From Aggregatilineales bacterium (GTDB lineage: Bacteria; Chloroflexota; Anaerolineae; Aggregatilineales; Ch27), in the NCBI GenBank assembly GCA_029976005.1, contig JARKOQ010000149.1, forward strand, positions 1,315-65,314: a stretch of 64,000 bases of DNA. Direction: 5' to 3'. Position 1 is the stretch's first letter. Each line of letters begins with the position of its first letter. Under the pieces are notes generated by a model, which worked only from the letters and a program-made list of their open reading frames with translations, was not told where the DNA came from and did not search any database. Positions 1 to 14,143 of the stretch are shown here, piece by piece. The translations under genes and the position numbers were made by a program.

Positions 1-1
1 G

Positions 2-2524
2 GCGGCGCGCTTCCTCCAGCGCCCGCGTGACCTCCTGGTGCCGTCCGAGCTGGCGCTGGCACAGGGCCAGATTCCACCAGGCCGCCCCAAAGGTCGCGTC
101 CAGGGCCAGCGTCCGCTCGAAGTGCCGGCAGGCCTCGTGGAACTTGCGCTGCCCAAAGAGCGCCGCCCCGCGCAGGAAGATCACCAGCGCGCTTTCCCGC
201 ATCCGGCGGCAGTGCTCGACCGCCTCCTGCGCCAGCGGATAATCCCCGCAGCGCAGCGCCGCCTCCGCCACGTTCAGCCACTGTCTGGCGTCGTCAGGCC
301 GCAGTTGGGTCAGGTGCTGGTAGGCTTCCAGGGCGTCGGCGAACTGCCCAAGCTGGACGTTCGCATCGCCTAACAGCCGCCAGCCATCGGCGCTGCGCGG
401 CGCCCTGGCCACCCCTTCGCGGAGCGCCTGGACCGCCAGGCGATATTCCTTCAGCGCCAGCAGCAAGGCCCCCTGCGCGATTCGCTGGCGGCTGCTGGTC
501 GTCGCCTTGCGGGCAACCTCGGCGGACGACAACCGGGGCGATCGGGCATCCACGAGTCCCAAACGCTGCACCACGCCGGACCAGCGCTGGTAGAAGGCGC
601 GCGCCGCCACGAAATCCGCCGCCCGCACGGCCACTTCCGCCGCCAGGGCCAGCAGCCGGGGATTGTTCTGCCCACCCTGACTCAGCCGCTTCTTGATCAG
701 GGCCAGCGCGGTCCGGCTGAACGCCGCCCCAGGCATGCAGGTCAGCACCGCGTCAATCGAGTCGAACGCATCACTTTCCAGGCCCGCCCGGAACTCCAGT
801 GTCATGGCATCCGCGTATTCGGGATCGTCCGGCCCGATCTGGCCGCAGAAGCGCAGGCATTCCACGTAGCGCTTTCCGGTGAACGCGATCCGCGCCCGCA
901 GGTGCAGCGTGCTGGACGATTCGCCGGCCAGTTCCTCGTGGCGGGCCAGCGCGTCCAGCGCCTGGGTGGTACGTTCCAGGTGGGTCAGGGCGTAGGCCTG
1001 CTGGAAGAAGGCCGCCGCGTCGCGCGGCTCAAGGTGAGTCGCTTTCAGAGCCGAATAGTAAGCCTGCTCATGACGGCCCAGGCGGTTGAGCACTTCACTC
1101 TGGTGCCGCCAGGCCACCTGGAGGTAGCGCTCCAACTGGATCGCCTTTTCGAAGCAGGCCAGCGCTTCCGCGTCCCGGCCCAACTCCGCCAGGGTCAATC
1201 CCCGGTTGGCCAGGACAATGGCGGCATTCGGTTCGTGCTGCAAGGCCACGTCCAGGCATTGCAGGGCGCTGTCCAACTCGCCAAACTCGGCCAGGATCAC
1301 GCCACGATTGGCCCAGGCAACCGCATTTTCCGGCGAGTCCTTGAGCACTTCGTCGAAGCAGGTCAAAGCCTGGGGCAGTCTGCCCAGGCGGAACAGGGCC
1401 GCCCCGCGCTCGTTCATCTCGTCGGCCGTGGCTCGTTCCCGGCTGAGGATCGGCGGCACGATCTCCCGGAACTCGCGCTGGAGGATATGCATCAGTTCGA
1501 ACTGAAGCTCGGTGAAATTGGGGTAGCGCGCCTCGCGCTCCTTCTCCAGGCAGCGCGCGACCACGCGGTCGACGGACACGGGAATGTCCGGCCGGATGGC
1601 GCTGGGCGGGCGCGGGGTGTAACCCAGGTGCTTCCGGTACACCTCCTGGCGCGACTTCCCATAGAAGGGATGGACATGGGTCAGCATCTCGTACAACATC
1701 ACGCCAAAGGAGTAGATGTCCGAGCGAATGTCCACGCTGCCCGGATCGTGCCACTGCTCCGGGGACATGTATTCCTTGGTTCCGAAGCCGGGCACGTTCG
1801 ATCCGGTGATCCGGGTGCCGACGAACACCTCGTTGTGGGAAAAAACAAAGGGCTGCCCGTCGTCCAGCTCCTCGTATTCCAGGTCCGGGTCAGCCTCGGT
1901 CAGGAGTTTGACCAGGCCGAAGTCGGTCACCTTGGCGTTCTGGCCGCTGGTCAGCATGATATTGTCGGGCTTGAGGTCGCGGTGCGCGATCAGGCCCATG
2001 TTGGCGGCGTGACGCATCCCCCGGCAAATCTCCACCGCCATGCCCAGCAAATCGGCCAGCGTGAACTCGTTGCGCCGCAGCGCCGAGCGCAGACTGCCCC
2101 CGGCGACAAATTCGAGGAAGATGTGCGGCTGATCGTCCAGGTACTCGAACCCGCGCGCCTGGACAATGTTGGGGTGCTTCTTGAGGGCAATCCAGGCTTC
2201 GGCCTCGCGCTGGAAGCGCTTGCGCAGCGGGGCGTGGCGAACGAGCTGCTCACGAATCCCCTTGACTACGAAGGGATCGCCGGTCTGGGTATCCAGCACC
2301 ACGTAAACGACCCCCATCCCTCCCACGAGGATTTGCTCCACCTGGAAGGCGCGCTCGCCGGAGTGGTAGGATACGCGATCCCCGACCTGCCAGTGAGCAT
2401 ACTGGCCGTGTGACTCGCGGCCGGTGGAGGCCCGGGTCGGCAGGGCCGAATGCAGCCCGATCATGTAGCGCCGGTGGCCGGAATGCGCGCTGTCTTCAGA
2501 CCCATCCCTGTGCCGGGTAGTCAC
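2..2524 (-). CDS. Serine/threonine protein kinase (Hanks-type) with C-terminal TPR repeats; 3' end truncated by the window edge
   Basis: Not in the ORF track because it has no stop inside the window. Manual translation gives GGMGVVY, FVVK, HPNIV, HRDLKPDNIM, KVTDFGL and DIYSFGVMLYE, then TPR-like helices (NAVAWANRGVILAEFG, ALANRGLTLAELG). Probable GTG start at 2524 after GAGGGGG; alternative ATG at 2464. Confidence 0.9.
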   Translation of the reverse strand, partial: MTTRHRDGSEDSAHSGHRRYMIGLHSALPTRASTGRESHGQYAHWQVGDRVSYHSGERAFQVEQILVGGMGVVYVVLDTQTGDPFVVKGIREQLVRHAPLRKRFQREAEAWIALKKHPNIVQARGFEYLDDQPHIFLEFVAGGSLRSALRRNEFTLADLLGMAVEICRGMRHAANMGLIAHRDLKPDNIMLTSGQNAKVTDFGLVKLLTEADPDLEYEELDDGQPFVFSHNEVFVGTRITGSNVPGFGTKEYMSPEQWHDPGSVDIRSDIYSFGVMLYEMLTHVHPFYGKSRQEVYRKHLGYTPRPPSAIRPDIPVSVDRVVARCLEKEREARYPNFTELQFELMHILQREFREIVPPILSRERATADEMNERGAALFRLGRLPQALTCFDEVLKDSPENAVAWANRGVILAEFGELDSALQCLDVALQHEPNAAIVLANRGLTLAELGRDAEALACFEKAIQLERYLQVAWRHQSEVLNRLGRHEQAYYSALKATHLEPRDAAAFFQQAYALTHLERTTQALDALARHEELAGESSSTLHLRARIAFTGKRYVECLRFCGQIGPDDPEYADAMTLEFRAGLESDAFDSIDAVLTCMPGAAFSRTALALIKKRLSQGGQNNPRLLALAAEVAVRAADFVAARAFYQRWSGVVQRLGLVDARSPRLSSAEVARKATTSSRQRIAQGALLLALKEYRLAVQALREGVARAPRSADGWRLLGDANVQLGQFADALEAYQHLTQLRPDDARQWLNVAEAALRCGDYPLAQEAVEHCRRMRESALVIFLRGAALFGQRKFHEACRHFERTLALDATFGAAWWNLALCQRQLGRHQEVTRALEEARR

Positions 2525-2716
2525 TGGTTCCCCCCCTCAGTGGCGACTCGCTCAGAGGCCCTAACCGCCTTGCTGAGACATAGACTGTAAGCAACACCAT
2601 GAGTACTAGTACAAAAGTCCTGTTCAGAGTATATATCAATCATTTGGAAAGGCAAACAACTTTCATATAATTCGCCCACGTGAACGGTGGATTCCCGCGC
2701 TATATAAAATGCACGC

Positions 2717-2745
2717 TTGACCCAGGTTGTATTTTCCGATAAAAT
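2717..2745 (+). promoter_or_regulatory. Sigma70-type promoter for rpoB
   Basis: TTGACC-17 nt-TAAAAT in an AT-rich intergenic region about 110 nt upstream of rpoB. Confidence 0.75.
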
Positions 2746-2856
2746 GTTAGATTGCAGTTCTTCTACCTCCGTACACAACCAGATGCAGGATTCACCATCG
2801 CACCACGCTCACGTGTGCCACTTGGGGGAGTCAAACTGTATATCTGAGGAGAGCTC

Positions 2857-6777
<3,921 letters not shown>

Positions 6778-6804
6778 GCCCCATCCGCTTCACGCAGCAC
6801 CTTT

Positions 6805-6838
6805 CTGCGCCGGTTCATCTGAACCGGCGCAGTTTTTT
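6805..6838 (+). terminator. Rho-independent terminator after rpoB
   Basis: Perfect inverted repeat CTGCGCCGGTTCA/TGAACCGGCGCAG followed by TTTTTT. Confidence 0.85.
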
Positions 6839-6960
6839 CCTCCGGCCACATAAGAAAACGATGAATCCCATCCGAGACTCGTATTCCGTATAGAATTTGT
6901 CCAGGTTTTGCGCTATGCTTTGTGACCGATAGCACGAGACTCCATTCCAGAGAGGCGCGC

Positions 6961-7692
6961 ATGCGGAGTTCTAACGGGGCACGGCCAGAGCACCTGATCG
7001 AGATACGCGGCCTGACCAAGACCTACGGCGACGAGAACCGGCGTCTGACCGTGCTGGATGACGTCGATTTGGACATCCAGACCGGCGAGTTTTTCGTCCT
7101 GCTGGGCAACAGCGGCAGCGGCAAGAGCACCCTGCTCAACCTGATCGGCGGCATCGACCGGCCCGACCGGGGCCAGATTCGCATCCACGGCACGGACATG
7201 ACCACCCTGAGCGAGCATCGCCGCACCCTCTTTCGCCGCGAGCACGTCGGGATCGTGTTCCAGTTCTTCAATCTGATTTCCACCCTGACCACGCTCGAAA
7301 ACGTGACCCTGCCCCTGGAACTGGGCGGCATGGCCCCGCGCGAAAGCCGCCGCCGCGGGCAGGCCATGCTGGAACGAGTCGGCCTGGCCGACCGCGCCGG
7401 AGACCCGCCCGACAGGCTCAGCGGCGGGCAGCAGCAGCGCGTCGCCATCGCCCGCGCCCTGGTTCACGAGCCGCTGCTGGTGCTGGCCGACGAGCCGACC
7501 GGCAACCTGGACGAGGACACCGGCCAGACCGTGCTGGCCCTGCTGCTGGAATTGACCCGCGACGTGGGCAAGACCCTGGTCATGGCGACCCATGCTCCGG
7601 CCATCGTCCCGCTGGCCGACCGGGTCTGCCGGGTACATCACGGCCACCTGCTGCTGGAAGCAGCCGTCGTGGAGGAGCCGCGCCCCGCATGA
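6961..7692 (+). CDS. ABC transporter ATP-binding protein (LolD/MacB-like)
   Basis: Walker [10 protein letters not shown], signature [27 protein letters not shown] 6961 follows GAGG; the track starts the ORF at 6922. Confidence 0.93.
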   Translation: MRSSNGARPEHLIEIRGLTKTYGDENRRLTVLDDVDLDIQTGEFFVLLGNSGSGKSTLLNLIGGIDRPDRGQIRIHGTDMTTLSEHRRTLFRREHVGIVFQFFNLISTLTTLENVTLPLELGGMAPRESRRRGQAMLERVGLADRAGDPPDRLSGGQQQRVAIARALVHEPLLVLADEPTGNLDEDTGQTVLALLLELTRDVGKTLVMATHAPAIVPLADRVCRVHHGHLLLEAAVVEEPRPA

Positions 7693-10265
7693 TCGTCCGA
7701 CAGCGCCTCATGTTGCGGTTGGCCCGGCGCTATATCGGCCGCCGCCTGTTGCAGAGCCTCCTGTTTGTGTTGGGAGTCGCGCTCGGCGTGGCCGTGGGCG
7801 TGGCGATCGACGTGGCGAACACCTCCGCCAAGCGGGCCTTCACCCTCAGCGCTGAAAGCATCGCCGGGCGCGCGACTCACCAGATCGTCGGCGGCCCTGC
7901 CGGATTGCCGGAGGAACTGTACACCCGCCTGCGGGTCGAGCTTGGCCTGCGCGCCAGCGCCCCGGTGGTCGAAGCCTACGTCCGCGCGCCGGAATTGGGG
8001 GATCAGCCACTGCGTCTGATGGGCATCGATGTGTTCGCCGAAGCCCCCTTCCGCGATTACCTGACCACGACCGAGATCGAGGGCCAGACCCAGGCCTCGT
8101 TTGACGCTCTCGACCTGTTCCTGACCCAACCCAATACCCTACTCGTCAGCGAGGCGCTGGCCGCCAGCCACGGCCTCCAGGCGGGATCGCGTGTGACGAT
8201 CGTGTCCAACACCCGCCGGGTGGAAGTCACCCTCGCCGGGCTGCTGCGGCCGGGCGACCGGCTCAGCGCCCAGGCTCTGGATACGCTGCTGCTGGCCGAC
8301 ATCGCCACTGCCCAGGAGATTCTGGGCAAGCCCGGCGTGCTGTCCCGGATCGATCTGATCCTGCCGGAGGGATACGACCTCGGCGCGTTGGAAGCCCTGC
8401 TGCCCGCCGGAGCCAGCCTGACCACCCCGGCGGCCCGCAGCGGCGCGCTCAGCCAGATGACCGACGCCTTCGAGCTGAATCTGCGCGCCCTTAGCCTGCT
8501 GGCCCTGGTGGTGGGCGTCTTCCTGATCTACAACACCGTCACCTTCAGCGTGATCCAGCGCCGGCCCGTGATCGGCATCCTGCGCTCGCTGGGGGCGACT
8601 CGCCGCCAGGTCTTCGGCCTGATCCTGGGCGAAGCCGTGGTGCTGGGCGCGCTCGGCACGCTGCTGGGCCTGGCCCTGGGGATCATCCTCGGCCGGGCAG
8701 TCGTCGGTCTGATCGCGCAGACCATCAGCGACCTGTACTTCTCGGTGACGGTGGAGGGCATCTCCGTCGCCCCCGGCACGCTGCTCACCGGAGCCGTGAT
8801 CGGCATGGCCGCCAGCCTGATCGCCGCCCTGATCCCCTCCTACGAAGCCACCCACACCCCGCCCGCCGGGACGATGCGTCGCTCGGAGGTAGAGCAGCGC
8901 GCCCGGCGCATCACGCCCTACATGACCGCCGCCGCGGTCTTGCTCAACCTGCTGGGCGTGCTGGCCCTCAGCCTGCCCACGCGGAGCGTCCTGGTCGGAT
9001 TCGCGGGCCTGTTCCTGATCGTGGTTGGCTGCGCGTTGTTCACGCCGGTGGCCCTGATCGCCGCCATGCGCGCCGTCCTCCCACTCACCGGCCGCCTGTT
9101 CGGCGTGATTGGGCGGATCGCCCCGCGCGACGTGATCCGGTCACTGAGCCGCACCTCGATCGCCGTGGCCGCCCTGACCGTGGCGGTCAGCGTGATCGTC
9201 GGGGTCGGCGTGATGATCGCCAGCTTCCGGGGCACGGTCACCGACTGGCTGGGCCATACCCTCGGCGCGGATATCTTCATCTCGCCGGTCTCGGTCACGG
9301 CCAACCGGGTCACAGCCGATCTGGACCCCGGCCTGATCGACCTCGTGGCGTCGGCTGACGGCGTGGCTTACGTCACCAGTGTGCGCAATACGAGCGTCGT
9401 CGCCCCGGACTATCCCGACCTGCCGCCGGTCAACGTCTCCGCCATCAGCCGCGACATCAGCCAGCGCCGCTTCGCCTGGTTGAGCGTGCCGGAGAGCGAA
9501 ACCTGGGCCGCGCTCCAGGCAGGATCGGTGCTGGTCAGCGAACCGTTCGCCTTCCGCCGGGGAATCACCCCGGAGCGCAACACGATCCGGCTCGAAACCG
9601 ATCGCGGCCCGCACACCTTCAGCGTGGCAGGTGTCTATTATGACTACACGACCGATCAGGGCGCGCTGCTGATGGCCGACCCGGTCTACCGCCGCTTCTA
9701 CGACGACCGGGCCATCTCGTCGATGGCCGCCTTCATCACCCCGGACGCCGACCTGCAAGCCGTGATCGACCGGCTGCGCACCGAGACCCTGGCCGGGCGC
9801 GACCTGGTCGTGCGCGGCAACCGCGCCCTGCGCGACAGCGCCCTGGAGGTCTTCGAACGCACCTTCTCGATCACCGTCGCGCTTCAGGCGCTGGCGACGA
9901 TCGTCGCCTTTATCGGCATCCTCAGCGCCCTGATGTCGCTCCAGTTGGAGCACAGCCGCGAATACGCCGTGATGCGTGCCAACGGCCTGACTCCGCGCCA
10001 GATGTGGCAGCTCACCCTGACCCAGACCGGGCTGATGGGCGCGACCGCCGGCCTGCTGGCCGCACCGATCGGGCTGGCCTTGGCCTACGTACTGATCTAT
10101 GTGATCAACGTACGCTCGTTTGGCTGGACGATGCAGGTCATGCTCGCCCCGGAGGAATTTCTCCAGGCTTTCCTGGTGGCGGTCGCCGCCGCGCTGCTGG
10201 CCGGAATCTACCCTGCCTGGCGGCTCAGCCGCCTGAATCCCAGCGACGCCCTGCGAACGGAGTAA
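7689..10265 (+). CDS. ABC transporter permease, FtsX/MacB-like with duplicated architecture
   Basis: 858 aa with two repeats of TM + extracytoplasmic domain + 3 [16 protein letters not shown] motif; ATGA overlap with the ATPase gene. Confidence 0.9.
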   Translation: MIVRQRLMLRLARRYIGRRLLQSLLFVLGVALGVAVGVAIDVANTSAKRAFTLSAESIAGRATHQIVGGPAGLPEELYTRLRVELGLRASAPVVEAYVRAPELGDQPLRLMGIDVFAEAPFRDYLTTTEIEGQTQASFDALDLFLTQPNTLLVSEALAASHGLQAGSRVTIVSNTRRVEVTLAGLLRPGDRLSAQALDTLLLADIATAQEILGKPGVLSRIDLILPEGYDLGALEALLPAGASLTTPAARSGALSQMTDAFELNLRALSLLALVVGVFLIYNTVTFSVIQRRPVIGILRSLGATRRQVFGLILGEAVVLGALGTLLGLALGIILGRAVVGLIAQTISDLYFSVTVEGISVAPGTLLTGAVIGMAASLIAALIPSYEATHTPPAGTMRRSEVEQRARRITPYMTAAAVLLNLLGVLALSLPTRSVLVGFAGLFLIVVGCALFTPVALIAAMRAVLPLTGRLFGVIGRIAPRDVIRSLSRTSIAVAALTVAVSVIVGVGVMIASFRGTVTDWLGHTLGADIFISPVSVTANRVTADLDPGLIDLVASADGVAYVTSVRNTSVVAPDYPDLPPVNVSAISRDISQRRFAWLSVPESETWAALQAGSVLVSEPFAFRRGITPERNTIRLETDRGPHTFSVAGVYYDYTTDQGALLMADPVYRRFYDDRAISSMAAFITPDADLQAVIDRLRTETLAGRDLVVRGNRALRDSALEVFERTFSITVALQALATIVAFIGILSALMSLQLEHSREYAVMRANGLTPRQMWQLTLTQTGLMGATAGLLAAPIGLALAYVLIYVINVRSFGWTMQVMLAPEEFLQAFLVAVAAALLAGIYPAWRLSRLNPSDALRTE

Positions 10266-10270
10266 CCCGC

Positions 10271-10795
10271 ATGCCCCCCATCACCCTGCTGACCGGCCCC
10301 GCCGCCTCCGGCAAAAACACGATCGCCCACCTCTACGCGACCGAGCAGCGCCAGGCGTGCGCCGTCATCGACAACGACCTCGTGCGCTGGATGCTGCGCC
10401 AGCCGCATCTGGCCCCCTGGCCCACCGATCCCCCCGATTCCCCGGCGCAAGTCCAGCACCGGCTGGGCATCAAACATACCTGCATGCTGGCCCGCTCATT
10501 CGTGAGCGAAGGCTACGAGGCCGTGATCTGCGACGTGGTCGGCGACCGGCTGGCCGCCTACTACCGGGAACTGCTCGCCGGGCAGGACTTCACCATCGTG
10601 CTGCTGCTCCCCACCTGGGAGGAAGCGCTGCGCCGCCTGCGCGGGCGCACCCACGGCATCACCGAGGACGAGGCCCGTCTGCTCTACGACCAGCAGCAGG
10701 CGCTCACCGATTACGATCACCGCCTGGACAACTCCACCCTCTCCGCCGGCGACGTCGCCCGCTGGCTGGCCGGGCTGCATCCGGCACAGGGATGA
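10271..10795 (+). CDS. Small P-loop kinase/AAA-family NTPase
   Basis: N-terminal LLTGPAASGKNT Walker A; 174 aa with a nucleotide-kinase-like pattern (LDNS near the C-terminus). Confidence 0.75.
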   Translation: MPPITLLTGPAASGKNTIAHLYATEQRQACAVIDNDLVRWMLRQPHLAPWPTDPPDSPAQVQHRLGIKHTCMLARSFVSEGYEAVICDVVGDRLAAYYRELLAGQDFTIVLLLPTWEEALRRLRGRTHGITEDEARLLYDQQQALTDYDHRLDNSTLSAGDVARWLAGLHPAQG

Positions 10796-10875
10796 ATCGG
10801 CCCGGCCGCGGATCTGTTGCATCAGACGCCGGTAGCGTCTATGCGAAAAGCAAAACTCAGGTTCTTGAGGTCTCG

Positions 10876-10916
10876 CTCCGCGTTGTTCCTGGGCGTCCTT
10901 GGCGTTTTAGCGGTTC
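10876..10916 (+). repeat. Dispersed intergenic repeat, copy 1
   Basis: CTCCGCGTTGTTCCTGGGCGTCCTTGGCGTTTTAGCGGTTC; similar to copies at 19146, 27521 and 60753. Confidence 0.65.
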
Positions 10917-10980
10917 ACTTCCGTCCTGGCCGTTCGCTTCCATCTGGCATCCCCACCCTGGCCGGGTTACAATGCCGGGC

Positions 10981-11832
10981 ATGACTCCACCACCCGCCCC
11001 CATCGCCCTGCTGACCGACTTCGGCACGTCCGACCCCTACGTTGGCGTCATGAAAGGGGTCATGCTCGGCCTGTGCCCCGCCGCCACCTTCGTCGACCTG
11101 ACCCACGCGATCGCCCCACAAAACGTGCGCCAGGCGGCGTTCGCCCTATGGACGGCTTACCGCTACTTCCCGCCGGACACGGTCTTCCTGGCCGTGGTCG
11201 ATCCGGGGGTCGGCTCCACCCGGCGCGCCATCGCGGTCGAAACCGCGCGGGGCCGCTTTGTGGGGCCGGACAACGGCCTGTTTGGCGACGTACTGGCCGA
11301 GGTTGGCCCCTGGCGGGCCGTGGCCCTTGATCCGGCCAGAATCGCACTTACGGGAGCCAGCTTCACCTTTCACGGCCGCGACCTGTTCGCCCCGGCGGCG
11401 GCCCGCCTGGCGGCCGGCGCGCCGATGGAATCGCTCGGCGCACCGCTGGATACGCTCGTCACGCTGCCCCCGCCGGCCTTCGCCAGCGAACCGGGCGCGC
11501 TGACCGGCGAAGTGATCTATATCGACCACTTCGGCAATGTGGTCACCAGCCTGGGCCAGTTCGCCTGGCAGTCGGATGGCAACCTGCGGTTGTCTCCCCG
11601 ACTCCAGCCGGAAGCCGAGCCGTTGTTCGTGCCCGCCAACAATCTCACCATCGCCATCGGCCAGCAGCGCTATGCCGCCATCGCCGCCACCTATGCCCGC
11701 TCGGCCCCCGGCGATTCCCTGGCCCTGATCAACAGCGCCGGGATGCTCGAAATCGCGGTCAACCAGGGCCACGCCGCCCGCCAGCTTGGGCTGGCCCCGG
11801 GGATGCCGGTCCACGTTCGCTGGACGCCCTGA
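10981..11832 (+). CDS. SAM hydroxide adenosyltransferase / chlorinase-fluorinase family (DUF62)
   Basis: IALLTDFG, VVDPGVGS, GPDNGL, TFHGRDLFAP, YIDHFGNV and LEIAVNQG motifs. Confidence 0.92.
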   Translation: MTPPPAPIALLTDFGTSDPYVGVMKGVMLGLCPAATFVDLTHAIAPQNVRQAAFALWTAYRYFPPDTVFLAVVDPGVGSTRRAIAVETARGRFVGPDNGLFGDVLAEVGPWRAVALDPARIALTGASFTFHGRDLFAPAAARLAAGAPMESLGAPLDTLVTLPPPAFASEPGALTGEVIYIDHFGNVVTSLGQFAWQSDGNLRLSPRLQPEAEPLFVPANNLTIAIGQQRYAAIAATYARSAPGDSLALINSAGMLEIAVNQGHAARQLGLAPGMPVHVRWTP

Positions 11833-11872
11833 GCCGAGCCTCGCGCCTGCCCACCCGGAAGGAGCGCTACGC

Positions 11873-13159
11873 ATGGATCGCTTTGTGATTGACGGAGGTC
11901 ACCCCCTGCGGGGTGAGATCACCGCCAGCGGCAACAAAAACGCGGCCCTCAAGATGCTGCCCGCCTGCCTGCTGACCAGCGAGCCGGTCATCCTGCGCAA
12001 CGTGCCGGATATCGCCGACGTGCGGATCACGGCCGAGATCATGCGCGACCTGGGCGTGGAGATCACCGAGATCGAGCCGCACACCTGGCAGGTGCATGCC
12101 CGTGAGATTCGCACCTCGCAGCTCCCGGAGGACAAAGCCCGCCAAATCCGGAGCAGCATCGTGATGGCCGGGCCGCTGCTGGCCCGTACCGGCAGCCTGG
12201 CTCTGCCTGTACCCGGCGGCGACGTGATCGGCGCGCGCCGTCTGGATACGCATATTCTCGTGCTGGAAAAGCTGGGGGCGCACATCGACTACACCAGCGG
12301 GATGTTCACCATGAACGCCGACGGACTGCGCGGGGCCAACCTCCTGCTGGACGAAGCAAGCGTCACCGCGACCGAAAACGCGATCCTGGCCGCCGTGACC
12401 GCTAGCGGCACCACGGTCGTGCGCAACGCGGCCAGCGAACCGCACGTCCAGAACCTGTGCCACATGCTCAACGCGATGGGCGGGCAGATCGAAAACATTG
12501 GCTCCAACTGCCTGACTATCCACGGGGTGGAGCGCCTGCATGGCGGTGAATGCCGCATCGGGGCGGACTACCTGGAGGTGGGCAGCTTCATCGGCGCGGC
12601 CGTCATGACCGGCGGCGAGATCACCATCCGCGAGGCCGATCCCGAACACCTGGACATGATCGCCCTGGTCTTCGACCGGCTGGGGGTTCATTGGGAAGCG
12701 CGCGGCAGTGACGTGTTCGTCCCTGCCGGACAGGAGCTGGCGATTCGCAGAGACCTGGGCAACCGCATCCCGGTGATCAAGGCCCAGCCCTGGCCGGCCT
12801 TCCCCTCCGACCTGATGAGCATCGCCCTGACCGTCGCCACCCAGGCGTCCGGGGCGGTGCTGTTCCACGAGTGGATGTACGACGGGCGGCTGTTCTTCAC
12901 CGACAAGCTGGTCAGCATGGGCGCGCGGATCGTGCTGTGCGACCCGCACCGGGCGCTGGTCTACGGCCCGACCCCGCTGCACGGCGTGCCCAGCATCGCC
13001 AGCCCGGATATCCGCGCCGGGATGGCCACCCTGCTGGCCGCCCTGGCGGCGCGCGGCCAGACCGTGATCCATAACATCCGCCAGATCGATCGCGGCTACG
13101 AACGGGTGGAAGCCAAGCTGGCCGCGCTTGGCGCGCACATCGAGCGCCTGTCCGACTGA
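11873..13159 (+). CDS. murA: UDP-N-acetylglucosamine 1-carboxyvinyltransferase
   Basis: GNKNAAL, PGGDVIGAR, SVTATEN, PWPAFPSD, DIRAG and IDRGYE motifs; AAGGAG RBS. Confidence 0.96.
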   Translation: MDRFVIDGGHPLRGEITASGNKNAALKMLPACLLTSEPVILRNVPDIADVRITAEIMRDLGVEITEIEPHTWQVHAREIRTSQLPEDKARQIRSSIVMAGPLLARTGSLALPVPGGDVIGARRLDTHILVLEKLGAHIDYTSGMFTMNADGLRGANLLLDEASVTATENAILAAVTASGTTVVRNAASEPHVQNLCHMLNAMGGQIENIGSNCLTIHGVERLHGGECRIGADYLEVGSFIGAAVMTGGEITIREADPEHLDMIALVFDRLGVHWEARGSDVFVPAGQELAIRRDLGNRIPVIKAQPWPAFPSDLMSIALTVATQASGAVLFHEWMYDGRLFFTDKLVSMGARIVLCDPHRALVYGPTPLHGVPSIASPDIRAGMATLLAALAARGQTVIHNIRQIDRGYERVEAKLAALGAHIERLSD

Positions 13160-13160
13160 C

Positions 13161-13189
13161 AAAAAGCGGGGATGGTTGCCCATCCCCGC
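13161..13189 (-). terminator. Terminator between convergent murA and the TrxR-like gene
   Basis: GCGGGGATGG/CCATCCCCGC stem with an A5 tract on its left (U-tract on the minus strand). Confidence 0.7.
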
Positions 13190-13215
13190 GCGCTTCAGGT
13201 CCGGTTCGTGTCTGC

Positions 13216-14127
13216 TCAGCGGATGCCGAGCAGATCGTCATAGATGGACAGAATCGCTTTGGCGCCCTCGCCCATCGAGATCAACACCTGGTCGGACATG
13301 GCCGTCGTCACGTCCCCCGCGGCATAGATGCCGGGCCGGCTGGTCCGGTTGCGCTCGTCCACCCGGATGAAGCCCTTCTCATCGAGGTCGACCAGAGTCG
13401 CCACCAGCTTCGAGTTGGGAATCAGGCCCTTCTCGATGAAAACGGCGTCGGCGCGCACCTCGCGCATCTCGTCGTCGCGGCGCATCTTGACGCAGTTGAC
13501 AAACTGATCGCCCTGGATTTCGACCACCTCATACCCTTCGAGTATGGAGACGTTGCGCTCGGAGCGCAGCCGGGCCGCCAGCGGCGAGTCCAGGTCGCCA
13601 TGCGTGCGGGCCACCAGGGTCACGTGGCTGGCGATGCGCTGAAGCTCCGCCACGGCGCGCAGGGCCTGGATGCCGTCGCCGATCACCATCGCCGTCCGGT
13701 CGATGAACAGCGGGGCGTAGGTCGTGGTGCTGTAGCACAGCCCTTTCATCTCGAAATGGGCCTCGCCCGGCACGTTGAGCATCTCGCCAACCGCGCCGGT
13801 CGCCAGCAGGATCGTGCGCGTGAGCAGTTCCTTGCCATCCTTGAGGACGACGCAGTACCCCTCCTCGCGCGGCTCGATCCGGTCGACCGTCGTCCGGACG
13901 CGCAGGAAGTCGAGGTACTCGATCTGCGAGCGAAAGCGCTCCACCATCGATTCGCCCACCAGGACGTTGTAATCCTCCACCCAGGGCAGTTCCAGCTTGC
14001 GATTGGTGCGCCCGCCCAGGCCGGGCGAGATCAGCACCGCGTCCATGCGCTTGCGAATCGCGTACGCCGTCGCCGCCATCCCGGCCGGGCCGCCGCCAAT
14101 GATGATTACGTCATGCACCTCAGACAT
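13216..14127 (-). CDS. Thioredoxin-reductase-like FAD-dependent oxidoreductase lacking CxxC
   Basis: IIGGGPAG FAD motif, LLATGA, TSRPGIYAAGDV; the active-site region reads GLCYSTTTY instead of GVSYCATCD; GAGGAGG RBS. Confidence 0.85.
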   Translation of the reverse strand: MSEVHDVIIIGGGPAGMAATAYAIRKRMDAVLISPGLGGRTNRKLELPWVEDYNVLVGESMVERFRSQIEYLDFLRVRTTVDRIEPREEGYCVVLKDGKELLTRTILLATGAVGEMLNVPGEAHFEMKGLCYSTTTYAPLFIDRTAMVIGDGIQALRAVAELQRIASHVTLVARTHGDLDSPLAARLRSERNVSILEGYEVVEIQGDQFVNCVKMRRDDEMREVRADAVFIEKGLIPNSKLVATLVDLDEKGFIRVDERNRTSRPGIYAAGDVTTAMSDQVLISMGEGAKAILSIYDDLLGIR

Positions 14128-14143
14128 TCCTGGCCTCCTCACT

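Noticed and set aside
902..2413. 503-aa plus-strand ORF in the track
   Set aside because: It is the antisense shadow of the minus-strand kinase-TPR gene.
2521..2778. 85-aa minus-strand ORF in the kinase-rpoB gap
   Set aside because: It is AT-rich with atypical codon usage and overlaps the rpoB promoter, so it is most likely non-coding.
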